Shown here: positions 47,994 to 59,418 of the stretch, piece by piece | Layout of the letters: the number at the start of each line of letters is the position of its first letter | Position numbering within the stretch: the stretch's first letter is position 1 | NCBI GenBank assembly: GCA_043732705.1 | Contig: JAYTHE010000032.1 | Coordinates: 2,005-66,004, forward strand | Reading direction: 5' to 3' | Source of the DNA: Candidatus Omnitrophota bacterium | GTDB taxonomy: Bacteria > Omnitrophota > Omnitrophia > Omnitrophales > Aquincolibacteriaceae | DNA length: 64,000 nt | Notes under the pieces: model-generated | Told to the model about the DNA's origin: nothing | Database searches by the model: none | The model's input: the letters and a program-made list of their open reading frames with translations, nothing else | Translations under genes and position numbers: made by a program

Positions 47994-49435
47994 TGTCTTT
48001 GCCCGCGGCAATTGTCTGGCTGCGCCGCGATCTTCGCCTTGATGACAATCCCGCCCTCATCGAGGCTTTAAAACTATGTGATGTTATTCCTGTCTATATT
48101 CATGACCCTGAGTCAGAAGGTGCTTGGCAACCAGGTGCTGCGGGACAGTGGTGGCTGCATCAATCTCTTGAAAAGTTTTCCCAAGACTTAGCAGCTAAAG
48201 GCTCACAGCTCATTTTTAGGAAAGGGGATTCGCTCTCTGAGTTAAAAAAAATAATTCGAGAGACGAATGCGAAAGGTGTCTTTTGGAACCGCCGTTACGA
48301 GTCTGAAATTATTGAACGGGATAAAAAAATTAAAGAGGCCCTTAAAAAATCAGGCATGGATGTGCAAAGTTTTAATGCCAATCTCCTGAATGAGCCGTGG
48401 ACAGTTCAAACCGGCGGCGGCACACCGTTTAAAGTTTTTACGCCGTTTTGGAAAAAATGTTTAAATTCACCGGAACCAGTTCTGCCTTTAGCGGCGCCGA
48501 AACAAATTCCTGCTCCTGCTGAATGGCCCAAGTCTTGTAAGCTTTCCGATCTCCAATTAATGCCCGCGATTAAATGGTATGCCGGCATGAAAGAAGATTG
48601 GCAGCCGGGAGAAGCGGGCGCGCATGCTGAACTAAAAAATTTTCTCGATGAAAATGGGATACGGTATTTAGACGGCCGCGATACGCCATCGATTCGTGCC
48701 ACATCGCGAATGTCGCCTTATTTGCATTTTGGTGAAATCAGCCCGCGCCGGATTTGGCATGCGGTTCAAAAAAAATCTGCTCAAAGAAAAGAGTCCGGTT
48801 GGATACGTCAAGCTGAAGGTTTTATCCGTCAAATTTATTGGCGCGAATTTGCTTACCATTTACTTTACCATTTTCCTCAGACAACCGATCATCCTTTACG
48901 AAAACACTTTGAAAGGTTTGAATGGAAAAAAGACGCAAAGCTGCTGAAAGCCTGGCAAAAGGGAAACACCGGTTACCCGATCGTGGACGCAGGGATGCGC
49001 GAACTATGGCATACGGGCTGGATGCACAATCGCGTACGCATGATCACGGCTTCCTTTTTGGTGAAAGACTTGCTGATTCATTGGCTGGAAGGAGCGCGTT
49101 GGTTTTGGGATACTCTTGTCGATGCGGACCTTGCGAATAACACTTTGGGGTGGCAATGGGTTGCGGGGTGCGGTGCCGATGCCGCACCCTATTTCCGGAT
49201 TTTTAATCCGTTTACGCAGGGTGAAAAATTTGACGGAGAAGGCCTTTATGTCCGCCGCTGGTGTCCCGAACTTGCCCAGCTTCCCAATAAGTGGATTCAC
49301 CGTCCATGGGAAGCGCCGCCAGAAATTCTAAGTGCGGCCGGGGTGGATCTGGGGAAAACCTACCCAAAACCGCTTGTAAACCATGCGGATGCCCGCAAAA
49401 AAGCCCTGCTTTTATATGACCGCATCAGGGCTTAA
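47975..49435 (+). CDS. phrB: deoxyribodipyrimidine photolyase / cryptochrome family
   Basis: AIVWLRRDLRLDDNPAL; C-terminal FAD-binding region WMHNRVRM...GWQWVAG...PYFRIFNP. Confidence 0.85.
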   Translation: MGRTRLMSLPAAIVWLRRDLRLDDNPALIEALKLCDVIPVYIHDPESEGAWQPGAAGQWWLHQSLEKFSQDLAAKGSQLIFRKGDSLSELKKIIRETNAKGVFWNRRYESEIIERDKKIKEALKKSGMDVQSFNANLLNEPWTVQTGGGTPFKVFTPFWKKCLNSPEPVLPLAAPKQIPAPAEWPKSCKLSDLQLMPAIKWYAGMKEDWQPGEAGAHAELKNFLDENGIRYLDGRDTPSIRATSRMSPYLHFGEISPRRIWHAVQKKSAQRKESGWIRQAEGFIRQIYWREFAYHLLYHFPQTTDHPLRKHFERFEWKKDAKLLKAWQKGNTGYPIVDAGMRELWHTGWMHNRVRMITASFLVKDLLIHWLEGARWFWDTLVDADLANNTLGWQWVAGCGADAAPYFRIFNPFTQGEKFDGEGLYVRRWCPELAQLPNKWIHRPWEAPPEILSAAGVDLGKTYPKPLVNHADARKKALLLYDRIRA

Positions 49436-49476
49436 GTAAGGCTTGTTCTGATTCTTCTCCCTCGATATAATCCCGC

Positions 49477-49608
49477 ATGAGCAAACTTGTCCTTATATCC
49501 CTTTTAGTTGTAGCGGTTTTTATGTCGGGCTGTAAGTCCGCAGCTATTTCTGGAACAGAAGTAGCGAGTTTTAACGGTAAGAAAACCGCGATTCTTCCTA
49601 GTCATTAA
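49477..49608 (+). CDS. 43-aa putative lipoprotein (below the ORF-track size cutoff)
   Basis: MSKLVLISLLVVAVFMSGC|KS lipobox-like. Confidence 0.3.
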   Translation: MSKLVLISLLVVAVFMSGCKSAAISGTEVASFNGKKTAILPSH

Positions 49609-49680
49609 TGTTTTGTTTTGTATCTTTCTGCTAGTTTTAATATCGTCCAAATTTGCACATAGCAAAAGCGTCTGTTAAGT

Positions 49681-51138
49681 TTGGGCTTATCTGTCGGAGG
49701 TTTCGTGTTTTTTTCGTTTTCAAATTTAGATTTTAAAAAGAAGATTATTTTATGCTCCCTCATGTCGGCTCTTTTTTCGCCGATTATTTTTTCTATGCCC
49801 TCCGTTGAAGCCGCACAGGATGACCCGGGTTTGCGTATTCCGGAGTCGCAGGAAATTGCGCCCGACCAGTTTTTGGCGAGCGACGCGAGTAAATACTTTC
49901 AGAACGGAGATTTTGACAAGGCGATGATCGCCCTCAATCAGCTCGAAAAAAGTTTTCCCAATGACGAGTTAATTCAACGTTATCGTGCGATGACGCTTGA
50001 CCGTCTCGGCAAGTCCACTGAGGCGATAGAAATTTTCAACACTCTTCTTGCTAAAAACCCTGAACATGTTCCGACGCGTTATTTTCTTGGTCAGGCTTAT
50101 GCTCGCAGTGGGCGTTATGACGACGCGGCACGTGAGTGGAAGCAAGTCGCGAAAGATGGTGAGGGAACACCCTACGCTTTTTGGGCACAAACAGCGCTTG
50201 AACAAACCGGCAAGCCGGGAGTTAAATCCGAGCCTGCTGGAAAACTTCAGCGTTGGTACATCCAGGCCCGTTACGGTTATGAATTTGATTCCAATGTTAT
50301 TTTGCGTCCCGATGACCGCTCCCTGTCGGATGTCAAAGATCCTAATGCAGGCCGTCACAATCTCGACTTAGCTATTCGTTATCGCGCAGTTTCGCGTCGC
50401 GATACCGCGTTGGATGTCACATATGCGGCACGCCAGAGTTTGCACGATGATAATTTTAATGAATTCAATTACCATTCCGAAGAGGTGGGGCTCAATTTTC
50501 GTCAACGCACGAAGATTGGCGATCAAGACGTTGTGCTGGGATTACGTTATGAATATTTATTGGGCTTTCTCGGAGAAAACCTTTATTCTCAGCGCAATCG
50601 CTGGCATATTTCTGCCGATACAAAATTTACCGAACATACCCAGACGATTTTTTATGATCGTATGACGGTTTCCAATTATGGTCCGGATGGGTTTAATCCT
50701 CCGCAAACTTCGCGCGATGGATTTGAAAATGACACCGGGGTGACTCAGTTTTTCTACGGTCGAAATTTTCAACAGCATCTCTTTTTGCGTGGTGAGTTTA
50801 ATACAGCAGCAGACCGTGGTTCTAATTTTGACTCGGTTGGGTATACCACGCGCGTGGGTTTTCATGCACCTATTCCGCACACAAAAAAGTTTTCATTTGA
50901 TATTTCTTCAGGGCTTGAAAATCATTTCTATCCGCACTTTACTTCCACATCCAGTCTTGACAGGAGCCGGCGCCGTGATCTGGAGTGGGACATATATACA
51001 GCGATAACCTACGACATTACCAAAGACTTTGCAGTGCGCAGCTTTTACCGTTATGTAAACAGCAATAATCAAAATAACTTGTATGACTATCAACGCCAAA
51101 TCGGCGGAATTCAGTTTATTTACAGCCGAGCCGCATAA
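49681..51138 (+). CDS. outer-membrane protein: N-terminal TPR region plus C-terminal beta-barrel-like domain (Slam/DUF560-like or BcsC/PgaA-like)
   Basis: Signal peptide; TPR helices; then about 330 aa of alternating amphipathic strands rich in Y/F/N/D/G/R; start uncertain (TTG 49681, GTG 49705 or ATG 49762). Confidence 0.45.
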   Translation: MGLSVGGFVFFSFSNLDFKKKIILCSLMSALFSPIIFSMPSVEAAQDDPGLRIPESQEIAPDQFLASDASKYFQNGDFDKAMIALNQLEKSFPNDELIQRYRAMTLDRLGKSTEAIEIFNTLLAKNPEHVPTRYFLGQAYARSGRYDDAAREWKQVAKDGEGTPYAFWAQTALEQTGKPGVKSEPAGKLQRWYIQARYGYEFDSNVILRPDDRSLSDVKDPNAGRHNLDLAIRYRAVSRRDTALDVTYAARQSLHDDNFNEFNYHSEEVGLNFRQRTKIGDQDVVLGLRYEYLLGFLGENLYSQRNRWHISADTKFTEHTQTIFYDRMTVSNYGPDGFNPPQTSRDGFENDTGVTQFFYGRNFQQHLFLRGEFNTAADRGSNFDSVGYTTRVGFHAPIPHTKKFSFDISSGLENHFYPHFTSTSSLDRSRRRDLEWDIYTAITYDITKDFAVRSFYRYVNSNNQNNLYDYQRQIGGIQFIYSRAA

Positions 51139-51157
51139 AGCGGCCAAGGAGAAAATC

Positions 51158-52219
51158 ATGAGAAATAAATTTTTGACGTTTGTTGCGGCAGTGATATTGT
51201 TGCCGGCTGCTGTTTTTGCGCAAACCGCACGGGATGCCGACATTGATTCGAAATTAAATGCTGGAACACTTGCCGGCATTGCTCCGCCAACGGGTTCGCA
51301 GTCTGCGCCCGCAACGGCCACAAACAATCAGAAATTTTTAGATCCGTATTTGCCGGCTGCGATTCAGACGGACAAAGTGATTTTGGGTCAGACTGATGGT
51401 AAAGCTCGCGCGTATGAAGTTCAGGGCAATGTGACCGTCGTTAAAAAAGGCAGCCCTGATGAAGTTAAGTTACGAAAAGGCGACATTCTTGAAGCGGGCG
51501 ATAAGATCTATACCGATGCGGGCTCAGCGGTATCAATTACATTTGATGAAAATTATAAAAATGCCGTTCATGTCACAGAAAATTCCAAAGCCGTTTTTGA
51601 AGGAATTGAACCGACGAATATTCGCATTATTAATGGTTCTATTTTTAGCGCTGTTGATGGATTGCCTCAGGGTAGTACATGGAAGGTGACTACGCCAGCA
51701 GCTGTCGCGGCCGTACGGGGAACGCTGTATCTTGTTAATTTTCAAGCGTCAAGCGGCCAGTTTTTTGCCGCAACGGTAAATGTGCCGGATGACGGAAAAG
51801 CCAGTGCGATTGATATTCAAGAAGTCAAAGGCGGCGGTTCAGCCAATGTTGCCGAAGGAAAGGAAATTACGCTCAAGCAGGGCCAGTCTGCAAGCAATTC
51901 GCTCGTGAAAGATTTAGATACAACTGTCTTAACTGAAGTTTTAAATTTTTTTGAAAAATTAATAAAGCTGCGAAATGATGAATCTAATAGCGGTGCACCT
52001 CCGACTGGCGGAGAATTCTTTGAACCGAATACGCTTGATCCGGCTGGCCCGGGAAATGTGGGCGGTGGTAACGATAAGTTAGACGTCAATGATCTCGGAA
52101 CGATTAAAAAGGATGCGGCACCGGAACCAGTAATTACTGAAGAAGGTTCTAATCAATCTCCTGGTGATAAGCCTGGAGATGAGTTTCCAGGCAATGGCTG
52201 CGGAGAAGACTGTAGTTAA
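51158..52219 (+). CDS. secreted FecR-domain protein, paralog 1
   Basis: Signal peptide; FecR-like core KGDILEAGDKIYTDAGSAVSITF...GSIFSAV...AAVRGTLYLV; G/P/E-rich tail ending GNGCGEDCS. Confidence 0.6.
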   Translation: MRNKFLTFVAAVILLPAAVFAQTARDADIDSKLNAGTLAGIAPPTGSQSAPATATNNQKFLDPYLPAAIQTDKVILGQTDGKARAYEVQGNVTVVKKGSPDEVKLRKGDILEAGDKIYTDAGSAVSITFDENYKNAVHVTENSKAVFEGIEPTNIRIINGSIFSAVDGLPQGSTWKVTTPAAVAAVRGTLYLVNFQASSGQFFAATVNVPDDGKASAIDIQEVKGGGSANVAEGKEITLKQGQSASNSLVKDLDTTVLTEVLNFFEKLIKLRNDESNSGAPPTGGEFFEPNTLDPAGPGNVGGGNDKLDVNDLGTIKKDAAPEPVITEEGSNQSPGDKPGDEFPGNGCGEDCS

Positions 52220-52376
52220 AAATTAAGTATTGATATGAAAAAAATCGGCACATTTTTACCGCCGCGTTTTATTTTTTCTTCAGATTGCAGCTTTCGCACG
52301 GAATTACGTACGGGACGCAGACTTTCATCTAAGTGTGTCATCGCGGCGAATAATTAAAAGGTAAGAAAACTAAAAA

Positions 52377-52928
52377 TTAGATCAGATTGCGCCGGGGCTG
52401 GAAATCGGGGTTGTAGAAAATTCCGTCGATCCAGCCCCGGTCGTTTTTACGCTCGGTAAAAGCGGCCCAAATCCATTCGGAGTGAATCTTCGAAAGCACC
52501 CCTTCGATTTTATCCGCATCGTATTTATAAAGTTTTCCGTCGTTAAATACGCGGTATTTTCCGTCTTGTTTAAAAACAGTGACTGTATGCGCGAATTGAT
52601 TTTTTCCGTAAACGCTGACGACTTGGCTTTCAAAGCCCAGCTCTTTAAGTGCCGCATCCGCAAATAAAGCAAAATCTTCGCAGTCGCCTTTTTTGCGGTT
52701 GAGCATTTCTTCCGGGCTTTGCCAGTAATCTATTTTTCCAAAATTCTCCTGATCTTCTACAAATTTAAAATTTTTTCGCATGAATTTTGATAGTTCTTCG
52801 GGCGAATGAACGGGCGCGAGATTAGGATGCAGTAAAAGAAGTGGTGCGGTGGTTTGCATTTGAGCAAACCCAGCCGGGCTCAATAGAAATGTCCATACCA
52901 GAATGAGCGCTAACGATTTTCGGATCAT
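52377..52928 (-). CDS. secreted transglutaminase-like cysteine peptidase superfamily protein
   Basis: Signal peptide; GDCEDFAL (catalytic Cys) ... FAHTV (His). Confidence 0.55.
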   Translation of the reverse strand: MIRKSLALILVWTFLLSPAGFAQMQTTAPLLLLHPNLAPVHSPEELSKFMRKNFKFVEDQENFGKIDYWQSPEEMLNRKKGDCEDFALFADAALKELGFESQVVSVYGKNQFAHTVTVFKQDGKYRVFNDGKLYKYDADKIEGVLSKIHSEWIWAAFTERKNDRGWIDGIFYNPDFQPRRNLI

Positions 52929-53255
52929 TTGTTCCTGTCCGGCAAACCGCAGCGTCGAGTCTTTAAAAGAGGATGAAACCGTCTTTTAGCTCAGTTGGTA
53001 ACCCGACTATGCTTTCATTTTTTTACTCTGGGCTGCGCCCAACCGTATAGTGGTTGGATTCACCCAGAACAGAAATGAAATCGCACCCGTGGCTTTGCGT
53101 CCTACTCTTACGAGCAGTTTGCCTTTTTCAATGTCTATTAGAAGGATGCTTGTGAGAGCTGTAAAATACAAGAGCTAGACAGTAAATAATTGTATGCTAG
53201 ACTATCAACATGATCATTTATGCTATTAATCGATATTCATTGAAGAGGTTTTAAT

Positions 53256-54215
53256 ATGAAGTTAACCACATTGAAAATTGTCCTATTAGGTCTGCTTATT
53301 TGTTTTTATATGACGTCCGCATATGCGACCAACTTACGCGATGCGGCGATTGACGCGCTTGTCTTTTCTCCTAAGCCGGATGGTAGTGAGAAAGATGGAA
53401 TGGCAAAAGTTTATGAGCTTCAGGGGAAAGCGGTGATTACGCCAAAGGGCAGTCCCGAGGAAAGAAATTTAAAAGTGGGCGATGAAATTAATAAGGGGGA
53501 TTCGGTCTTTACCGAAAAGGGCGCAAAGATTTCCATTAGCTTTGATAATCAAAAAAAGAATGCCATTCAAATTCCAGAAGATAGTCGCGCGATATTTACA
53601 AGCATTGAGCCCACGGATATTAAACTTGAGAATGGTTCAATTTTTAGCGTGGTGAATGGCTTGGCGCAGGGCAGCACTTGGAAAGTAACGACACCCTCCG
53701 CAGTTGCTGCTGTGCGTGGAACGGTTTTTCTTGTGCGTTATGAAGCTGCAAATGGAAAAATGTATGCTGCAACGGTGAATGTTCCCGGTGACGGAAAAAC
53801 TTCTGCGATTGAAATTCAGTCATTGAATGGTGGAGCGACAACTGAAATTTCAGAAGGAAAAGAAATTTCAATGAAAGCAGGCGAAGCTCCGAGCAGCGAA
53901 ATGGTTCAGGATTTAAGTCCTGAAGCTGTGTCTGAAGTTCAAAATTTCTTTGAACAGGTGAGTTCGGAAAGTGAAGCGTTAGAAAAATCGGATGATAATG
54001 AAAGTAAGTCAGAAGCAGAATCTGACAATAGTGGTGAAAACCCGCAGGATAAATCCTTAGAGGATACAAATAATTTTGATAATCCAGCTGATGCCGGAGG
54101 CTCGGACATGGAGCCGCCTCCTATAAATCAGGACGACACGCTTAAAGAGCTCGAAGAACCCAAGGCACCGGAAGAAGAGGAATGTAGGCCCGACGGATAT
54201 GGTGGGTGTTTGTAA
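53256..54215 (+). CDS. secreted FecR-domain protein, paralog 2
   Basis: Same core as paralog 1 (GDEINKGDSVFTEKGAKISISF...AAVRGTVFLV); acidic Ser/Glu-rich tail ending ECRPDGYGGCL. Confidence 0.6.
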   Translation: MKLTTLKIVLLGLLICFYMTSAYATNLRDAAIDALVFSPKPDGSEKDGMAKVYELQGKAVITPKGSPEERNLKVGDEINKGDSVFTEKGAKISISFDNQKKNAIQIPEDSRAIFTSIEPTDIKLENGSIFSVVNGLAQGSTWKVTTPSAVAAVRGTVFLVRYEAANGKMYAATVNVPGDGKTSAIEIQSLNGGATTEISEGKEISMKAGEAPSSEMVQDLSPEAVSEVQNFFEQVSSESEALEKSDDNESKSEAESDNSGENPQDKSLEDTNNFDNPADAGGSDMEPPPINQDDTLKELEEPKAPEEEECRPDGYGGCL

Positions 54216-54243
54216 TGTTAATCATTTAGAAAAAGGTAATCTC

Positions 54244-55470
54244 ATGAAAAAGTGTTGTTTTTTTATTTTAACGTTGTTTTTTTGGTGTATTGCAACTATT
54301 TCGTCTGCGGACACTAACCGTAACGCGGCAATTCGTGATGAAGCGGTTGATGCACAGGTCTTTACATCGGTTGGGGATTCAAGCACAAGTGATGGCAAAG
54401 CGATTGTTTATCAGCTCGAGGGTAAAGCGGTCATTACACCCAAAGGTAGTCCGATCGAAAGACATTTAAAGGTCGGCGATCTGATTCAAATCGGAGATTC
54501 GGTTTTTACAGAAAAAGGCGCTAGTCTTTCGATTAGTTTTGATACGCGCAAACAGAATGCCGTGCGTATTCCGGCTGAAACTAAGGCAACTTTCACAAGC
54601 ATTGAGCCGACAAACATTAAACTCGATGATGGAACTATCTTCAGCGTGGTGAATGGACTTGCAAAAGGTAGCACTTGGAAAGTAACCACACCCACGGCTG
54701 TTGCGGCTGTCCGTGGAACAGTTTTTGAAACTACTTATCACGCCGACACTAAAGAGTTTTTTGCCGCAACTCTCGAAGTTTCGGATGACGGAAAAAATTC
54801 AGCAATCGAGGTTGAATCACTTACAGGTGAAGATATGGCTAAGGTTGTTGAAGGTAAAGAAATTTCATTTAAAGAAGGCGAGATCCCGAGCCAACAAATG
54901 GTGCAAGATTTCAGTGCTGAAAAAATGGCAGAAGTGCAGCAGTTTCATCAGGAAATCTCCGCCGAGCGCGATAAAGAATCGGATGACAAATCAAAAGGGC
55001 CAGGAGGTCCGAATGGTCCGGGCGGACCGAATGGCGGAAGTGGACCCGGCAGTACAAACGGAACCGCGGCAAATGCGGCTTCCAATAATACAAATCCCAT
55101 GGCTGCATCGAATCTGATGAATACGGTCGGAAGCAGCGGGGCCAACGCATTGGGCGTGGGCGGCTTAGCCGGTTTGATTGGTACGGAAAGAACCGTCAGT
55201 TTTACTGGCGGAGCTGAAAGTGCCGTTGATGTATCGAACGTGGAGGGGTTAAGCGCCAAGAATGAAGCCTTTAAGGAGTTAATTCAAACCCCCACTCCCG
55301 AACGAATTGATCGGCTTGAAACAACAGGAACGGCCGGCGGGGGAAACTTTAAAACGGTTTATGACCAGACTGTGGGTAATCCCGCGAACGTAAATATTTT
55401 TCCGGATTCGGCGGGCGGCGGCGGATGTGCGAGCGGAACATCCAGGTCTGCTTCAGGTGTATGCGTCTAG
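54244..55470 (+). CDS. secreted FecR-domain protein, paralog 3
   Basis: Core near-identical to paralog 2; tail GPGGPNGPGGPNGGSGPG... ending GGGCASGTSRSASGVCV. Confidence 0.6.
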   Translation: MKKCCFFILTLFFWCIATISSADTNRNAAIRDEAVDAQVFTSVGDSSTSDGKAIVYQLEGKAVITPKGSPIERHLKVGDLIQIGDSVFTEKGASLSISFDTRKQNAVRIPAETKATFTSIEPTNIKLDDGTIFSVVNGLAKGSTWKVTTPTAVAAVRGTVFETTYHADTKEFFAATLEVSDDGKNSAIEVESLTGEDMAKVVEGKEISFKEGEIPSQQMVQDFSAEKMAEVQQFHQEISAERDKESDDKSKGPGGPNGPGGPNGGSGPGSTNGTAANAASNNTNPMAASNLMNTVGSSGANALGVGGLAGLIGTERTVSFTGGAESAVDVSNVEGLSAKNEAFKELIQTPTPERIDRLETTGTAGGGNFKTVYDQTVGNPANVNIFPDSAGGGGCASGTSRSASGVCV

Positions 55471-55495
55471 AAGCAGCCGTAAAAAATTAATTTTA

Positions 55496-55535
55496 GGGCC
55501 GCGGATTATTTTATATCCGCGGCCCTTTTCTGTTT
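55496..55535 (+). terminator. rho-independent terminator
   Basis: GGGCCGCGGAT-loop-ATCCGCGGCCC then TTTTCTGTTTT. Confidence 0.55.
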
Positions 55536-55590
55536 TATTTAGCGATCCTCGACGAGACTCGGTTCGTGAGAACTGTTATATTATTTACCC

Positions 55591-56319
55591 ATGAAAAAAG
55601 CAATTGTGATTGGAACCAGTACGGGAATCGGGAAAGCGCTTGTTTTTGAGCTCCACAAACAAGGTTATAGCGTCGGATTAACCGGGCGAAATCTGGATGC
55701 GATGCAGGCTATTCAAACCGAGCTTGGCGAGCATATGTCGATTGAAGTCTTGGATGTTCGCAATCCCGAAACCGCGATGGAAGCGTTAAAGCGCTTGATT
55801 ACAAAGATGGGTGGGCTGGATCTGATTGTTTTTAATGCCGGCGTACTTATTGCTAATCCTGATTTTGAATGGAAAGCTGAGCGAGAGACGACGGCCGTGA
55901 ATGTGCTTGGTTTCCAGGCCATGGCCAATGTTGCCTGCCATTTTTTTGAGAAGCAGGGTTATGGACAAATAGTCGGAATTTCTTCGATTGCCTCGCATCG
56001 CGGCACGGCACGCTCGCCGAGTTACAATGCTTCAAAAGCATTTGTTTCGATTTACATGGAAGGTTTGCGGCAGCGTTATTTCGGGACAAAAATTAAAATC
56101 ATTGATATCCGTCCGGGCTTAATTGATACGCCCATGACGGAAAAAATCCGACATAAATTTTGGAGTGTGCCGGCGGAGCAATGCGCGCGTGATATTCTCA
56201 AAGCTGTGAAGCAAAATAGAAAAACGGCCTATGTGCCCGCGCGCTGGTGGGGAATCGCGCAAATTTTTAAAATAATCCCTGAATTTATTTACCATAATCT
56301 TTACCGCCGCTATGCGTAA
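55591..56319 (+). CDS. short-chain dehydrogenase/reductase (SDR)
   Basis: IVIGTSTGIGKA; catalytic YNASKAF. Confidence 0.8.
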   Translation: MKKAIVIGTSTGIGKALVFELHKQGYSVGLTGRNLDAMQAIQTELGEHMSIEVLDVRNPETAMEALKRLITKMGGLDLIVFNAGVLIANPDFEWKAERETTAVNVLGFQAMANVACHFFEKQGYGQIVGISSIASHRGTARSPSYNASKAFVSIYMEGLRQRYFGTKIKIIDIRPGLIDTPMTEKIRHKFWSVPAEQCARDILKAVKQNRKTAYVPARWWGIAQIFKIIPEFIYHNLYRRYA

Positions 56320-56841
56320 GTTGACCCATCTCGAACTACAAGCGCGTCAAGATGCCATCCGATCTGATGGTGAAAAAATTCCCCTGATGTTGATATTGAA
56401 TAATATCCGCTCGCTTTATAATGTTGGTTCTATTTTTAGAACAGCGGACGGCATCGGAGCGCAAAAAATCTACTTATGCGGAATCACGCCGATTCCGCCG
56501 GATAATCAAATCACAAAGACCGCGCTTGGGGCGGAAAAAACGGTGCCGTGGAAGTTTTTCGAGTGCGCTGTCGATGCCGTGCGCCAGGCTAAATCAGAAG
56601 GGTATAAAATTATTTTGTTGGAGCAAACGCAAAGCAGCGTAGTTCATCAGAACTTTATTCCTGCGGGGCCGGTTTGCCTGGTGCTTGGAAATGAAAACTC
56701 CGGAGTGAGCGACGAGCTTTTGGCGCTTTCGGATGGTTCGATTGAAATCGAGATGGCAGGTCTCAAGAATTCATTGAATGTCAGCGTTGCTTTCGGAGTC
56801 GTCGGCTACGATTTGCGTAATAAGCTAAAATCTTCGCTGAA

Positions 56842-56845
<4 letters not shown>
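56312..56845 (+). CDS. SpoU/TrmH-family RNA 2'-O-methyltransferase
   Basis: [11 protein letters not shown]...[11 protein letters not shown]. Confidence 0.75.
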
Positions 56846-59150
<2,305 letters not shown>

Positions 59151-59418
59151 TTCACCTAAGGATAGATACATTGGCCGAGGTGGTTTTGAAGCGAGACAAG
59201 GAGCAAGGACGCTGGCGTAGTCGCAACACTACGTTTAGGACGAGCGACGCCGTCGCAGCTCAAAAACGCCCGGCCCTTTTAGGGAAGCCCGAATTAAGAT
59301 CGTCTGCTGCGTTGCTCCTCCTCAACGTGTTACGAGAACACGCTTTTGTCATCGCGCCTTGCATCCAATCTCAATTAAGGCTTCCAATGTGTCCATCCTT
59401 AGATGAATTACCGGTTTT
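59151..59418 (+). ncRNA. candidate structured RNA of unknown class
   Basis: 19-bp long-range helix 59156-59174 / 59384-59402 enclosing a GC-rich segment with several local hairpins (e.g. GCGACG-C-CGTCGC); the overlapping 91-aa ORF has odd composition. Confidence 0.3.

Noticed and set aside
52975-53000. tRNA-like fragment TTAGCTCAGTTGGTAA
   Set aside because: Matches only a tRNA D-arm consensus; the flanks do not form an acceptor, anticodon or T-arm. At most a tRNA remnant, not a gene.
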